Of a stretch of DNA of 64,000 nt, positions 11,801 to 23,268 are shown piece by piece. The notes below the pieces were generated by a model, which was given only the letters and a program-made list of their open reading frames with translations, did no database searches and was not told the DNA's origin. The position numbers were made by a program, and so were the translations under genes. The first letter of the stretch is position 1. The number at the start of each line of letters is the position of its first letter. The DNA is from Eledone cirrhosa. Its lineage: Eukaryota. Location: positions 260,090,001-260,154,000 of the forward strand of contig OZ024743.1 in NCBI GenBank assembly GCA_964016885.1, read 5' to 3'.

Positions 11801-14800
11801 TTTCCGTTGCTTTGTTCTGGCTGTGTGTTCTCGTGTGTCTTTTTTTTCATACTTACATACATACATAAATACATACATACATACATACATACATACATAC
11901 ATGCATACATACATACATACATACATACATACATACATACATACATACATACATACGTGATGATGGCTGCCCCCTCGTTATCGAGTATGTCCGTTGCACG
12001 ATATAACATTATTAATAATTATCAATTAATTCCATTGTGCAATCCCTGTGCGTGAAGATTTTTTTAAAGTGAGAAAAGACTGTGCACTGAGCCAATCCCA
12101 CTCTCTGAGCGACAGTAGCTATAACCTCAAAAGAAGAAAAGATCAACATCATCGGTAACTACTGAGCCGTAGGTTTTATGTTGGAGTTATCCCAGTTTCC
12201 TGAGTTGCCTTCTCCTAGAAGAATGCCCTGACAAAGGCTAGAGTCCTTCACTCCAAGTGGTTGAAGCCCGCGATCGGATATCCAGCATGACTATTTCTAT
12301 GTCCCTGCGCATATACATAGTATGTACAAGTGTACATACATATTTACACATTTTGGGATGGCCGTTGACTCTTATGAGTTCTTCCGCCCTTTGTCAGGTT
12401 TTGTTTTTTGTCCTGCAGGGTGTCCAAAATCACCCTCCTCACCAAGTAAACTTGGTGGGGTTGCCGGTTTAGTCGCCAACGACCCGACCAGGCGACAGGT
12501 CACTCTTATGTCAGGTCACTCTTGAGTGCTACTGGTAAAATGTAACCCAGTACAACCTGTCGCACATACATACGTACATCCGTACGTACATACATACGTA
12601 CATACATACATACATACATACATACATACATACATACATACATACATACATACATACATACATACATACATACATACATACATACATTTTGTGTTGCAGC
12701 GTTTGGTTGTGTTTTCATACATATTTGTCTAATACTTCATATCTGTTAACAGACAATATTATATAAATCTTCATATTTTTTCGGTTGTTGACAGGAACTA
12801 TTTGTGAGATTTTGCTGCAGGTGACCTCTACACCGGGTGGTGATAAAGTGAACTCAACCAGCAGATGGATTACTCCCACAGCTAGAAATGCAACATATCA
12901 AACAAAATCGCAACATATCGAATTGCAACATATCAAACGAACTGCTTCAGATGAATACAGAAAGACACGCGTAGAAATAAGGACGATGGCTGCTGTTGAA
13001 AGAAGTAGTTTCCCACAAGTCACAACAACTCCGACGTCTAGAGATCGGATCACAAAGATAACAGAGACTAGAGACGATGTCACATTGAGAAGACAGACTG
13101 AAGATGGTGTCACAGTAATAACAGAGACTGAAGATGGTGTCACAGTAATAACAGAGACTGAAGATGGTGTCACAGAAGTAACAGAGACTGAAGATGGTGT
13201 TACAGAAGTGACAGAGACTAAAGATTGTGTCACAGGAGTAACAGTGACTGAATATGGTGTCATGGGAGTAACAGAGACTGACGATGATGTCACTGGAGTA
13301 ACAGAGACTGAAGACGATGTTACAGAAGTAACAAAGACTAAAGATGGTGTCACAGGAGTAACAGAGACTGAATATGGTGTCACAGGAGTAACAGTGACTG
13401 AATATGGTGTCAGAAGAGTAACGGAGACTGAAGATAGTGTCACAGGAGTAACAGAGACTAAAGATGGTGTCACAGGAGTAACAGAGACTGAAGATGGTGT
13501 CACAGAAGTAACAGAGACTGAAGATGGTGTTACAGAAGTAACAGAGACTAAAGATGGTGTCACAGGAGTAACAGAGACTGAATATGGTGCCACAGGAGTA
13601 ACAGAGACTGACGATGATGTCACTGGAGTAACAGAGACTGAAGACGATGTTACAGAAGTAACAAAGACTAAAGATGGTGTCACAGGAGTAACAGAGACTG
13701 AATATGGTGTCACAGGAGTAACAGTGACTGAATATGGTGTCATGGGAGTAACAGAGACTGACGATGATGTCACTGGAGTAACAGAGACTGAAGACGATGT
13801 TACAGAAGTAACAAAGACTAAAGATGGTGTCACAGGAGTAACAGAGACTGAATATGGTGTCACAGGAGTAACAGTGACTGAATATGGTGTCAGAAGAGTA
13901 ACGGAGACTGAAGATAGTGTCACAGGAGTAACAGAGACTGAAGACGATGTCACAGAAGTAACAGAGACTAAAGATGGTGTCACAGGAGTAACAGAGACTG
14001 AATATGGTGTCACAGGAGTAACAGAGACTGATGATGGTGTCACAGGAGTAACAGAGACTGACGATGATGTCACTGGAGTATCAGAGACTGAAAGCGATGT
14101 TACAGAGGTAACACAGACTAAAGATGGTGTTACAGAGGTAACAGAGACTAAAGATGATGTCACTGGAGTAACAGAGACTGAAGACGATGTTACAGAAGTA
14201 ACAGAGACTAAAGATGGTGTCACAGGAGTAACAGAGACTGAAGATGGTGTCACAAGAGTAACAGCGACTAAATATGGTGTCACAGGAGTAACAGAGACTG
14301 AAGATGGTGTCATAGAAATAACAGAGACTGAAGATGGTGTTACACAAGTAACAGAGACTAAAGATTGTGTCACAGGAGTAACAGAGACTGAAGATGATGT
14401 TACAGAGATACCAAAGACTGAAGATGGTGTCACAGGAGTAACAGAGACTGAATATGGTGCCACAGAAGTAACAGAGACTGACGATGATGTCACTGGAGTA
14501 ACAGAGACTGAAAGCGATGTTACAGAAGTAACAGAGACTAAAGATGGTGTCACAGGAGTAACAGAGACTAAAGATGATGTCACTGGAGTAACAGAGACTG
14601 AAGACGATGTTACAGAAGTAACAGAGACTAAAGATGGTGTCACAGGAGTAACAGAGACTGAATATGGTGCCACAGGAGTAACAGAGACTGACGATGATGT
14701 CACTGGAGTAACAGAGACTGAAAGCGATGTTACAGAAGTAACAAAGACTAAAGATGGTGTCACAGGAGTAACAGAGACTAAAGATGATGTCACTGGAGTA

Positions 14801-17800
14801 ACAGAGACTGAAGACGATGTTACAGAAGTAACAGAGACTAAAGATGGTGTCACAGGAGTAACAGAGACTAAAGATTATGTCACTGGAGTAACAGAGACTA
14901 AAGATGGTGTCACAGGAGTAACAGAGACTGACGATGATGTCACTGGTGTATCAGAGACTGAAAGCGATGTTACAGAAGTAACAGAGACTAAAGATGGTGT
15001 CACAGGAGTAACAGAGACTAAAGATTATGTCACTGGAGTAACAGAGACTGAAGACGATGTTACAGAAGTAACAGAGACTAAAGATGGTGTCACAGTAGTA
15101 ACAGTGACTGAAGATGATGTTACAGAGATACCAAAGACTGAAGATGGTGTCACAGGAGTAACAGAGACTGAATATGGTGTCACAGGAGTAACAGTGACTG
15201 GAGATGGTGTCAGAAGAGTAACGGATACTGAAGATAGTGTCACAGGAGTAACAGAGACTGAAGACGATGTCACAGAAGTAACAGAGACTGGAGACGATGT
15301 CACAGGAGTAACAGAGACGGGAGACAATGTCACAGGAGTAACAGAGACGACCCCTCTTGCAAGTGAACAGATCGATGTAACAATGGTGGCAATTAGTAAA
15401 ACGTCGGAGACGGTAATTCAAGATGTAACGCAGAAACAACCAGAAGATATTTCACATGTGAGTTTAGAAACAGTCACATCTAGTCTCTTTTTTATGACTG
15501 ATACAACAAAGGGAGAAGAAAATATTGCTACAATACAACCTTCTATTATAAACCGTTTAATTGAAACAGAAGTAACAGTATCTAACGAATCGTTTACGCT
15601 TACTCAAGAAACAAACACAATGGAAGAAGAACATGTAGAGTCAGACTCAACAACAGATTTCACACTACAACATGATCTTCCAGATAAAACAGAAGACATA
15701 ACAAAAGTAATAATCGATCAAACTACCTCACCATTTGATCGTTTCGCAGACGACATTAGCAGTGCTGTAACCGTGGAAACAGCTATTGTTCCATCTACCC
15801 AGTCCACAGACACAAAACCTCCGGATTATTATATATCTAAAAGTTTTACTGAATTGGCTGAAATTGACCAAACATATCTATCTACACCTGTTGTAGAAAA
15901 TGAAACAGATATCAGTGTATCGTCTACTCAATCAAAAACTACATCACTTTTCTTTGAAACTATTGTAACAAAAGAAGAACAACAGACTACAAATATATCT
16001 GCAATTGCTCCAGTGTCGTCTACTCCAGTTCAAGATATTACTGACAGTGGAACAACAGACAAACTTATGGGATTAGACTCAACGTCAGAAGATACTGTAC
16101 AGACCCATCTTGTAACAGAAGACGATGTTACAAATGTAACAGAATCAACAACATTCAGAATAAATGAAACAGAAATAGAGAATAAAACATTACTGATTGA
16201 TTCCACTATTTCAACATCTGATCAAGTAGCAGACGACAGTAGTGCCGTAACTATGGAAACAAATATCACTTTATCAACCCAGTCTACAGAAACTAAACTT
16301 CCATATTATTATATACCTAAAGACATTACTGAATTGGATGAGATTAATCAAACAAATATATCTACACAAACATCAGAAGTAACAATGTCACATTCATCAC
16401 CAACACAGACTACAGATCAATTCAATACAATAACAGAAAAAGGTTTGTCGAATCTAGAGCATATCACACATTTCTCTGGAGAAAACACGACGAATAAATT
16501 AAAGCAGATCATGGAAAGTACTGCTACATTGCAGACCAACACAATAAGCAAGGCTGGTGAAATATTCTATACTGATACAAAAATAGTCGAAGCAATCTCA
16601 TTACGATCTGAATCTTCTCAAGACATCACCAATACCGTTCCAGCCACTCCACAAATATATACAACAGACGAAATAATCTTCAAAACTCTTCCTTCGATTG
16701 ATGATGGAAAAACTATATATCATACTACAGAATCGATAATGTCTCCTACCGAAACAGCAGACAGTTTGTTCCAAAATGTAACAACTCAAATAAGTCGAGA
16801 AGAAAGCACGGCTATTTTGACTAACTTTTTTGAGACCGAATCTGTAAATAGTGTGAGAAAATACAGTGGATACAGTTCAACAGACTATGATACGAGTACA
16901 AGATCAACAGGGGAAGGAAAACAGTTTAAAACTGATGTTTCATCTAGTACGGTTTCAACGGCAGTTCCGATTAAATGGTCGACAGAGACAGGCCAGATTA
17001 TAGGTAAACTTGATACTGTTACATCGACTTTTCTGAGTAAAACATCTGACAAAGAAGCGTATGAAGAAACTGTAAGTGATGTGACCGAGGACGTGTCTGC
17101 AACTAAATATAATATAACGGGGAGTACAATAGTACTCTCTTCCACAGAGCAAGATGCTGAGACAGGTATAACTACATTTAGGAGATTAACAAAGACAAGT
17201 CAGTCTCAGCGAGAACTCGACAATGACACGTCGGAATTTCATGAAGACACATTTAGCAGTGACTCTCACGGAGTAACAGTAACAAGCGATGTTGTTAAGT
17301 CTACACTTGATATATTCTCCAAAGTAACAAAAGAACAACAGACTACAAATATACCTGCAATTGCTCCAGTGTTGTCTACTCCAGTTCAAGATATTACTAA
17401 CAGTGTAACAACAGACAAACTTATGAGATTAGACTCAACGTCAGAAGATACTGTACAGACTCATCTTGTAACAGAAGACGATATTACAAATGTAACAGAA
17501 TCAACAACATTCAGAATAAATGAAACAGAAATAGAGAATAAAACATTACTGATTGATTCCACTATTTCAACATCTGATCAAGTAGCAGACGAGAGTAGTG
17601 CCGTAACGATGGAAACAAATATCACTTTATCAACCCAGTCTACAGAAACAAAACTTCCAGATTATTATATATCTAAAGATATTACTGAATTAGATGAGAT
17701 TAACCAAACAAATATATCTACACAAACATCAGAAGTAACAATGTCACATTCATCACCAACACAGACTACAGATCAATTCAATACAATAACAGAAAAAGGT

Positions 17801-19519
17801 TTGTCGAATCTAGAGAATATCACAAGTGTTTCTAGAGAAAGCACAACGGATAAATTAAACTACACAACAGAAGGTCGTGCTTCGTTCAGCTCGGAAAGAA
17901 TTATAACCGGAGAACTGTTCAGCACACCAGGCTTTATCGATAGTAGCAAAATGTATAACTTAACTGAATCAATATTCAGCAATACTAATGCTACACATAG
18001 TTTACTTCCAATAACCACAACACAAAGGAGTCAACGGAATGCAAGCGTAACAATCTTAACCAAGCTGTTTGAGGCAGACTTAAATGGAAGTATGTACAAA
18101 AGCACTGCAACATTAGATCATATAAATGTTACAACCTACAAACCTGAACCATTGCATACAGACGTTGATTTCCCTACAACACAACATGCTTCTAAAGTAA
18201 CTTCAGATAAGGAATACCTCTCTAGTAGAAGACTAATCTCAATCCAAAATGCTACAGCAAAAGCAATTTCCATCAGCCCCAAAAGAAGTGATTTTGATCA
18301 ATTCAGAACTAGAGAAATAACAATGTTTTACAAATTGCTTAATAAAACAGAGCTTCCGAAAAGAGACATTTTGACTACGACAATGAAATTGCTAACAACA
18401 GCCCAGTCTTCAGTAATCCCAACTAGATCTAGTACAAGGAAAACAACTATGAAGTCATTTATCAATTTGTGTATCTCCATCAAAATTAAAATTCCGAAAG
18501 CTGTTGCAAAAGCCAGTATAATTATCAATCGTAGGAAATTATCAAAAAGGTTGTGCTGGAGTCTAAGCGACTTATCATTGTTCAAATTTCCAAATCAATC
18601 TTCTCAAAAGCCAGTGGCTACAGATGTTCAAACTGCCATATCTTGGTTATCAAAACATATGATTGCAATACTTCCGGCCAATAATAAATATGCAATATTT
18701 GGCATGAAGGCGAATATTAATTGGATTCAACGAAGATTAAGATATTTTTTCAATTTCAATTGGTTAAATATTCCGAATAAGACGCAACAGCTTAAACCCA
18801 CTTGTATTGTATTAGTCATAAAACCTGTGTATGCTGGTGTTACTTCGCAGCAAACAAAAGTTACTTCAGATCATTTCCGTCCGAATTCTGAATCTGTTGA
18901 CTCAAAACAACCCAAACCTTTAAAACTTCAGGTATGTCGACCAGCGAAGCAAATCAGAATAACTACAACGAGAAGCTCGTTGATTACTTTCAAATCCCAA
19001 ATCAATACAGACGTGGAAGAGAAGCGTATATACCATGGAAAGCCCACGGTTGTCGTCAGAGTTGTGTCTACGGCGAAACGCTATTATCAACATGGAAAGA
19101 ATATAATCAGAAGACTTTATCAAAAGAACAAGGGTATAATTCAGAACACGCTCTACAAACTTTCTAACTTTTGGTGGGGTGCAGGAGCGATAACAACAAA
19201 ACGGTACCGACCTACAGTAAATAGAAACGATGGTGTAGGTAAGCTGTGGAACAATGCTTGGTCAGGGGCAAATAAGGTTTACAAAAGAACACGATTGCTA
19301 GTTAGAAAAGTTTACACGAGATTGGTGGGTGCATTTTCCTCGATGTTGGATCAAGCAAGGTCAAGAGCATCAAGTACCGTCCGTCGATACTATATTACAT
19401 ACAACAAACATTATAATAATTATAGAATACGCGTACAAAATATAGCAGAATCTTTAAAAAAGAATTATGGCTATTACACTAAAAATCTTCAAGTCTATTG
19501 GAGACGTTATGTGGGTTAG
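3599..19519 (+). CDS. Spliced gene (5' end outside the window or not found): C2/MNNL-like - DSL - EGF_CA - acidic decapeptide repeat - mucin-like stalk - basic tail protein
   Basis: Exons 3599-3753, 8029-8165, 11386-11508 and 12795-19519 all have AG/GT boundaries with compatible phases (0/2, 2/1, 1/1, 1/stop). Total 7140 nt is divisible by 3. The DSL and EGF cysteine patterns are completed across the splice junctions. Confidence 0.88.
4474..5400 (-). mobile_element. 3' fragment of an L1/Tx1-like non-LTR retrotransposon
   Basis: Degenerate zf-RVT-like 'ALPVR...[16 protein letters not shown]' and ORF2 C-terminus '[11 protein letters not shown]'. AATAAA plus an A-tail lies at 4474-4485 on the minus strand. 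Confidence 0.65.
6410..7605. repeat. About 1.2-kb compound (TA)n/(TATACA)n microsatellite
   Basis: Directly visible; it generates the many YI/IY ORFs. Confidence 0.97.
8029..8165 (+). CDS. Exon: DSL domain ([47 protein letters not shown])
   Basis: tttttcag|T acceptor and G|gtaaat donor. C-x3-YYG-x2-C-x3-C-x-P-x-D-x3-GHY-x-CD-x3-G-x-K-x-C matches the Delta/Serrate/LAG-2 signature. Confidence 0.93.
9224..9274 (-). ncRNA. Type I hammerhead ribozyme-like motif (PLE-associated)
   Basis: AGATTC-CTGATGA-tTTCtaaaGAAt-GAAA-CAG ttctagtc CTG-TA-GAATCT: perfect 6-bp stem I, intact core, GUA cleavage triplet. The stem II closing pair is non-canonical (U.U). Confidence 0.65.
9592..9775 (-). mobile_element. 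tRNA-derived SINE (Meta/MESC-like core) inserted in the PLE
   Basis: A box TGGCAGTATC, B box GAGTTCAAATCC, core GCCTTTCATCC..GGGGTCGATAAAAT..GTACCAG. 13-bp TSD CTTCAGAAATAAT at 9579-9591 and 9776-9788. Confidence 0.9.
11386..11508 (+). CDS. Exon: end of DSL plus Ca-binding EGF ([42 protein letters not shown])
   Basis: Long CT-rich tract, tctag|GT acceptor and G|gtaaat donor; 123 nt, phase 1-1. NQDDC Ca-binding start, C-x-D-x4-Y-x-C hydroxylation motif and C2-x4-S-C3 O-fucose consensus. Confidence 0.93.
12795..19519 (+). CDS. Giant terminal exon (about 2240 aa): last EGF Cys (GTICE), acidic repeats, Thr/Ser-rich stalk, K/R/Y/W-rich tail
   Basis: gttgacag|GA acceptor is in the frame of the 12785..19519 ORF. 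The 6.7-kb frame has no stop, including more than 4 kb outside the tandem array. AATAAA follows at 19951. Confidence 0.88.
13049..15350 (+). repeat. Coding 30-bp tandem array, about 77 units, consensus GTCACAGGAGTAACAGAGACTGAAGATGGT ([10 protein letters not shown])
   Basis: Columns stay aligned through about 38 consecutive 60-nt lines, so there are no indels, only substitutions. Confidence 0.97.
15965..17815 (+). repeat. Intragenic direct duplication of about 495 bp (15965-16459 and 17324-17815)
   Basis: The block from VTKE(E)QQTTN to TEKGLSNLE occurs twice, almost identical. A more diverged partial copy lies at about 15690-15890. Confidence 0.93.
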
Positions 19520-19950
19520 CTTACAAAACCCTATCTTAACAAAAGTCAGCATTGGACCTGTATCCCTTACTTTTGTTGGAACAGCTATTGTGACGTGTTT
19601 ATACAGATTTCGGAGAGAATCGGGATATTTTACGTTGGTGCTCTCTAGTTTTTGAAGGTTTAACACTCCACAAATATTCTGCTCTGGGGTTTAACACTCG
19701 CACAAATCCAGTTAAATGTTTTATTGAAGAGAGTCGTATACAAACGTGAAAAAAACAACAACAACAAAAGAATAGAATCAAACTCAAATCACATGAATAC
19801 AAATGAGAGATACCGTATAGATAATGCAGAGACTAGCTTTAAAAAGAGGACATGTCAAGAAATAGAATATTGGCAAACACGAATCAATGCTGAGATAATG
19901 TTAATTGTATCACCGTCGTCAAAGGAAATTTCTGTAAATCTGATTGTATT

Positions 19951-19956
19951 AATAAA
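19951..19956 (+). promoter_or_regulatory. Candidate polyadenylation signal of the DSL-mucin gene
   Basis: AATAAA about 430 nt after the stop, followed by AT/T-rich sequence. Confidence 0.4.
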
Positions 19957-20375
19957 TTAAATATATTTATAGTCATTTCTTTCCAATCAATTCATTAGAT
20001 CAGGGATTACATTTGACTAGGCTGGATGAATCCCGCCCAGACTCAGAGCCGTCGCTACTATTAAAGCTAACTGGGCTTCTGACTATAACACAGACATCAG
20101 AGAGACATGCTACTGAAACTTAAGGATCACCGTTTTATCCAAATTTCTCTAATTAACATAAATATATAATAATTTCCAGAGGTCAGTCAATAAATAACTC
20201 GCTATACATTATTGCCACAGAGCAGCTTTGTGGAAATATTCAAATTGTTAGAGACGATTGTATCCTGTAATGACCTGTCACATGATTTAGCGTGGACTGT
20301 GTAGTTGAAAATGGAAGCTCTGTAATTCTCTTAGTGTGGTCAGAGCAAGATGTGTCACTAGTTAGCTCCGTCCCC

Positions 20376-20556
20376 GGTGGATTGGCAGTATCAATAGAGG
20401 GTCGGGTGCCATGCTTTCCAGCATAGAGTTACGTCCCTTTATGATCTGAGTTCAAATCCCACCGAAGTTAACTTTGCCTTTCATCCTTGCGGGGTCGATA
20501 AAATAAAGTACCATAAAGATGATTGCTGGCCTTGTGCTAAAAGTAGAAACAATTAT
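20376..20556 (+). mobile_element. Same tRNA-derived SINE family
   Basis: Near-identical to the 9592-9775 copy in reverse complement. Confidence 0.85.
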
Positions 20557-20589
20557 TTTATTTGGGAGAATGGGGCGCATAGATAGAAG

Positions 20590-21045
20590 AATGGGCTGCT
20601 AAATACCAAGGCACCGATCATCAAGGTGCTTGCCTAGGACACTAGTTATCCAGGCATACATTTTAGAGTTATCTTAGAGCGTTAATTATCCATCCAGACA
20701 TTGTAGGGCTGGCTTAGAGCATTTAATATATAAACACATATTGTAGAGGGCACTAATAACGAGGCACACATTGTAGGGCTAGCCAGGGGCACTAAATGCC
20801 GAGGTACACATTGTAAAACCAGATTAAGGCACTAAATATCAGGTGCACATTGTAGGACTGACCTAGGGTACATACTATCTAGGCACATATTATAGGACCA
20901 GCCAAGGTTATTAAATACCAAAGCACACATTATAGAGCCAGCCTAGAGAATTAAATATCTAGGCACACATTGTAGGAAAAGACCAGTGTAGTATGTATCC
21001 ACAGATACATTATAGAGCCAGCCTAGGGCACTAAATACCCAGACA
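20590..21045. repeat. Degenerate minisatellite, about 40-bp unit, about 11 copies (AGGCACACATTGTAGGGCTAGCCTAGGGCACTAAATATCT-like)
   Basis: CACATTGTAG / ACTAAATA recur at about 40-nt spacing. Confidence 0.8.
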
Positions 21046-21981
21046 TCGATCATTAATGATTTCCCATTAAAAGTATATACAACTCAGATTCAGCTAATAG
21101 GATTCAATAATCTGTTTCGTCTTCTAAGACTGGCAAAAATAATTTCTTAGATTAGGCATGGCTGTGTGTTTAAGATATTCGCTTGGCAGCCTCGAGGTTT
21201 CGCGTTCGATCCCACTGCACGACATCTTCAGGAAATATCTTCTACCATAGGCTCAGATCATTCATAGCCTTGCGAGTAAACTTTGTGGAAGTAAATCGAT
21301 GGAATCGTTCCATATTCTTTATTGGAGGTTAAGGGTGATATACTTAATCCGGCACCCGATTTAAAAACACTTAGTCTCAGGTCTTGAATAATCCTGCTAC
21401 GGTCAATTTTGCCTTTCATCCTTTCTAGGTCGATAAAAGTCTATTGGGATCAATCCTTTATCTAGGTTTCTTTTTTGCTTCCTTCCTCTCTCTCCTCCTC
21501 TGGAAGAAATCTGTGTTCAGGCATGAAGAGATAGGTTCAGCCAGGCTTTAAAATGGTCCAGACACGCCATATGTCAATGCCACACCCCTGCCCCTACGAG
21601 CTCTCTTTCTCTCTTTCTATGTATATATATTATCACCACCAGTAATTCACTGAATCACATACACTATATATATTGAGAAAACAACACCATACTTCGGGAC
21701 TGGACATATCAAAGGACCGAAATAACGGAAGTAAATTTTGTTCCATCATTATGTTTTTTCTGTTCAAGTTCTGTCTGATGAGGTCATAGCTGTTGAACAA
21801 TGGTTATCACCGAAATATATATATATCAGTGAATATGAATAAACAAAGTTAATTTTAACCTGTTGACTTACACTTCTTGTTTTTAAATTACTCCGTAGCA
21901 AACACACCCACCTGCGCACTCCGTTGAGTGCTCTACCCTGCATACTGAAGTATCGGTAAATAACCAACACATACTCAAATT

Positions 21982-22024
<43 letters not shown>

Positions 22025-22706
22025 CTGAGTGAGACAATCTATTACAGACAATATTGGCTGGTCTGCCGCTTTCTCACAATGTTTGTTGAATTCTGAAATT
22101 AATTGTCTTGTTCATAGACACAATAAAAAGCTACAAAGGAAATTTACCTTATTCTTTCAGAAGAAAACTATTATATTGTTACAATAACAATTTCCTGTAT
22201 CCTGCTTTTTCTCTCATCAGAATTACATCCTGGTCAATTTTCAAACAAAAGATATGGTGCTGTCAGCAACTGGCAACAAGATTTTTCACTCCTTTATTAA
22301 CAAAGTTATTTCTTCGCAGATTGACACCCTGATAAACACCAACTTAATAGTGACTTCCTGCCCCATTACAGGAATGATGGTACGAACTATTGTTCATCAG
22401 CAGTTTTAACACTTGCCAGACAAGTAGTACAAATCTGACAGTTTTAACATTTCCTTTAAAACGAAAATGTGACACGCAGACACTCACACACTATCAGTAA
22501 CAACTTCTGAAATTCTGTGCTGTTTCCCACATTTCACATATTGTTACACTTAGAGCCGACTATTAAGGTCAACTAGGGCACGGACATCAGAGTGACACAT
22601 TACTGAATATTAAAGGATCACAGTTTCATTCAAATTTGTATAATTAAACTAAATATTTTGCTGTAGATCTACCCAAGTCTTGTCTTTTTACCAAATATTA
22701 TTTCCT

Positions 22707-22890
22707 GGATTGGCAGTATCGGTAGAGGGTCGGACGCCATGCTTTCCAGCATAGTTACGTCCCTTTACGATCTGAGTTCAAATCCCGCCGAGGTTGACTT
22801 TGCCTTTCATCCTTACGGGGTCGATAAAATAAAGTACCAGTAACGCACTGGGTAATTGCTGGCCTTGTGCCTAAAGTAGAAACAATTATT
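22707..22890 (+). mobile_element. Same tRNA-derived SINE family (young copy)
   Basis: Nearly identical to the 9592-9775 copy. Further copies lie at about 25712-25920, 32363-32575, 32721-32897, 51655-51841 and 54318-54543 (all minus). Confidence 0.9.
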
Positions 22891-23268
22891 TCCTAACACC
22901 GGTACAAGGTCAGGAATTTTGGGGACGTGTATAGTCAATCATATCGATCCTAATATTAGACTAGTACTTTATTTTATCGACCTTGGAAGATATTTTAAAT
23001 AATTCTATAGACCTATTTAAAATGTGTTGCCAATATGAAGAATCCCCGACCCTCTTCAAGTTACTGATAACAGCCAAAAAATCAGGAATACAAAGAATAA
23101 GAAGAGTAACCATGCCTTTTACTGGGTATCGAATCTGCAGTGCAGATTTGCTTTTCACTATTCTATATCAGTCGAGTTTCTTGTCTATTGAAGGGCGGGG
23201 GCTGAAAGTGACCTATAACGTTCATACATTTCTTGAGACGTTGTTGGATTTCCGTCGTGTGTTCTAGT

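Noticed and set aside
13049-15350. CRISPR-like regular repeat
   Set aside because: Head-to-tail units with no unique spacers, in frame within a eukaryotic exon, and no cas genes.
12898-15439. Antisense ORFs (651 aa VSVTPVT repeats and others)
   Set aside because: Mirror of the 30-bp coding array. They end with the array, whereas the + frame continues for more than 4 kb and splices to the EGF exon.
22707-22790. tRNA gene
   Set aside because: A and B boxes belong to a SINE head: no complete cloverleaf, followed by SINE core and tail, and multicopy in the window.
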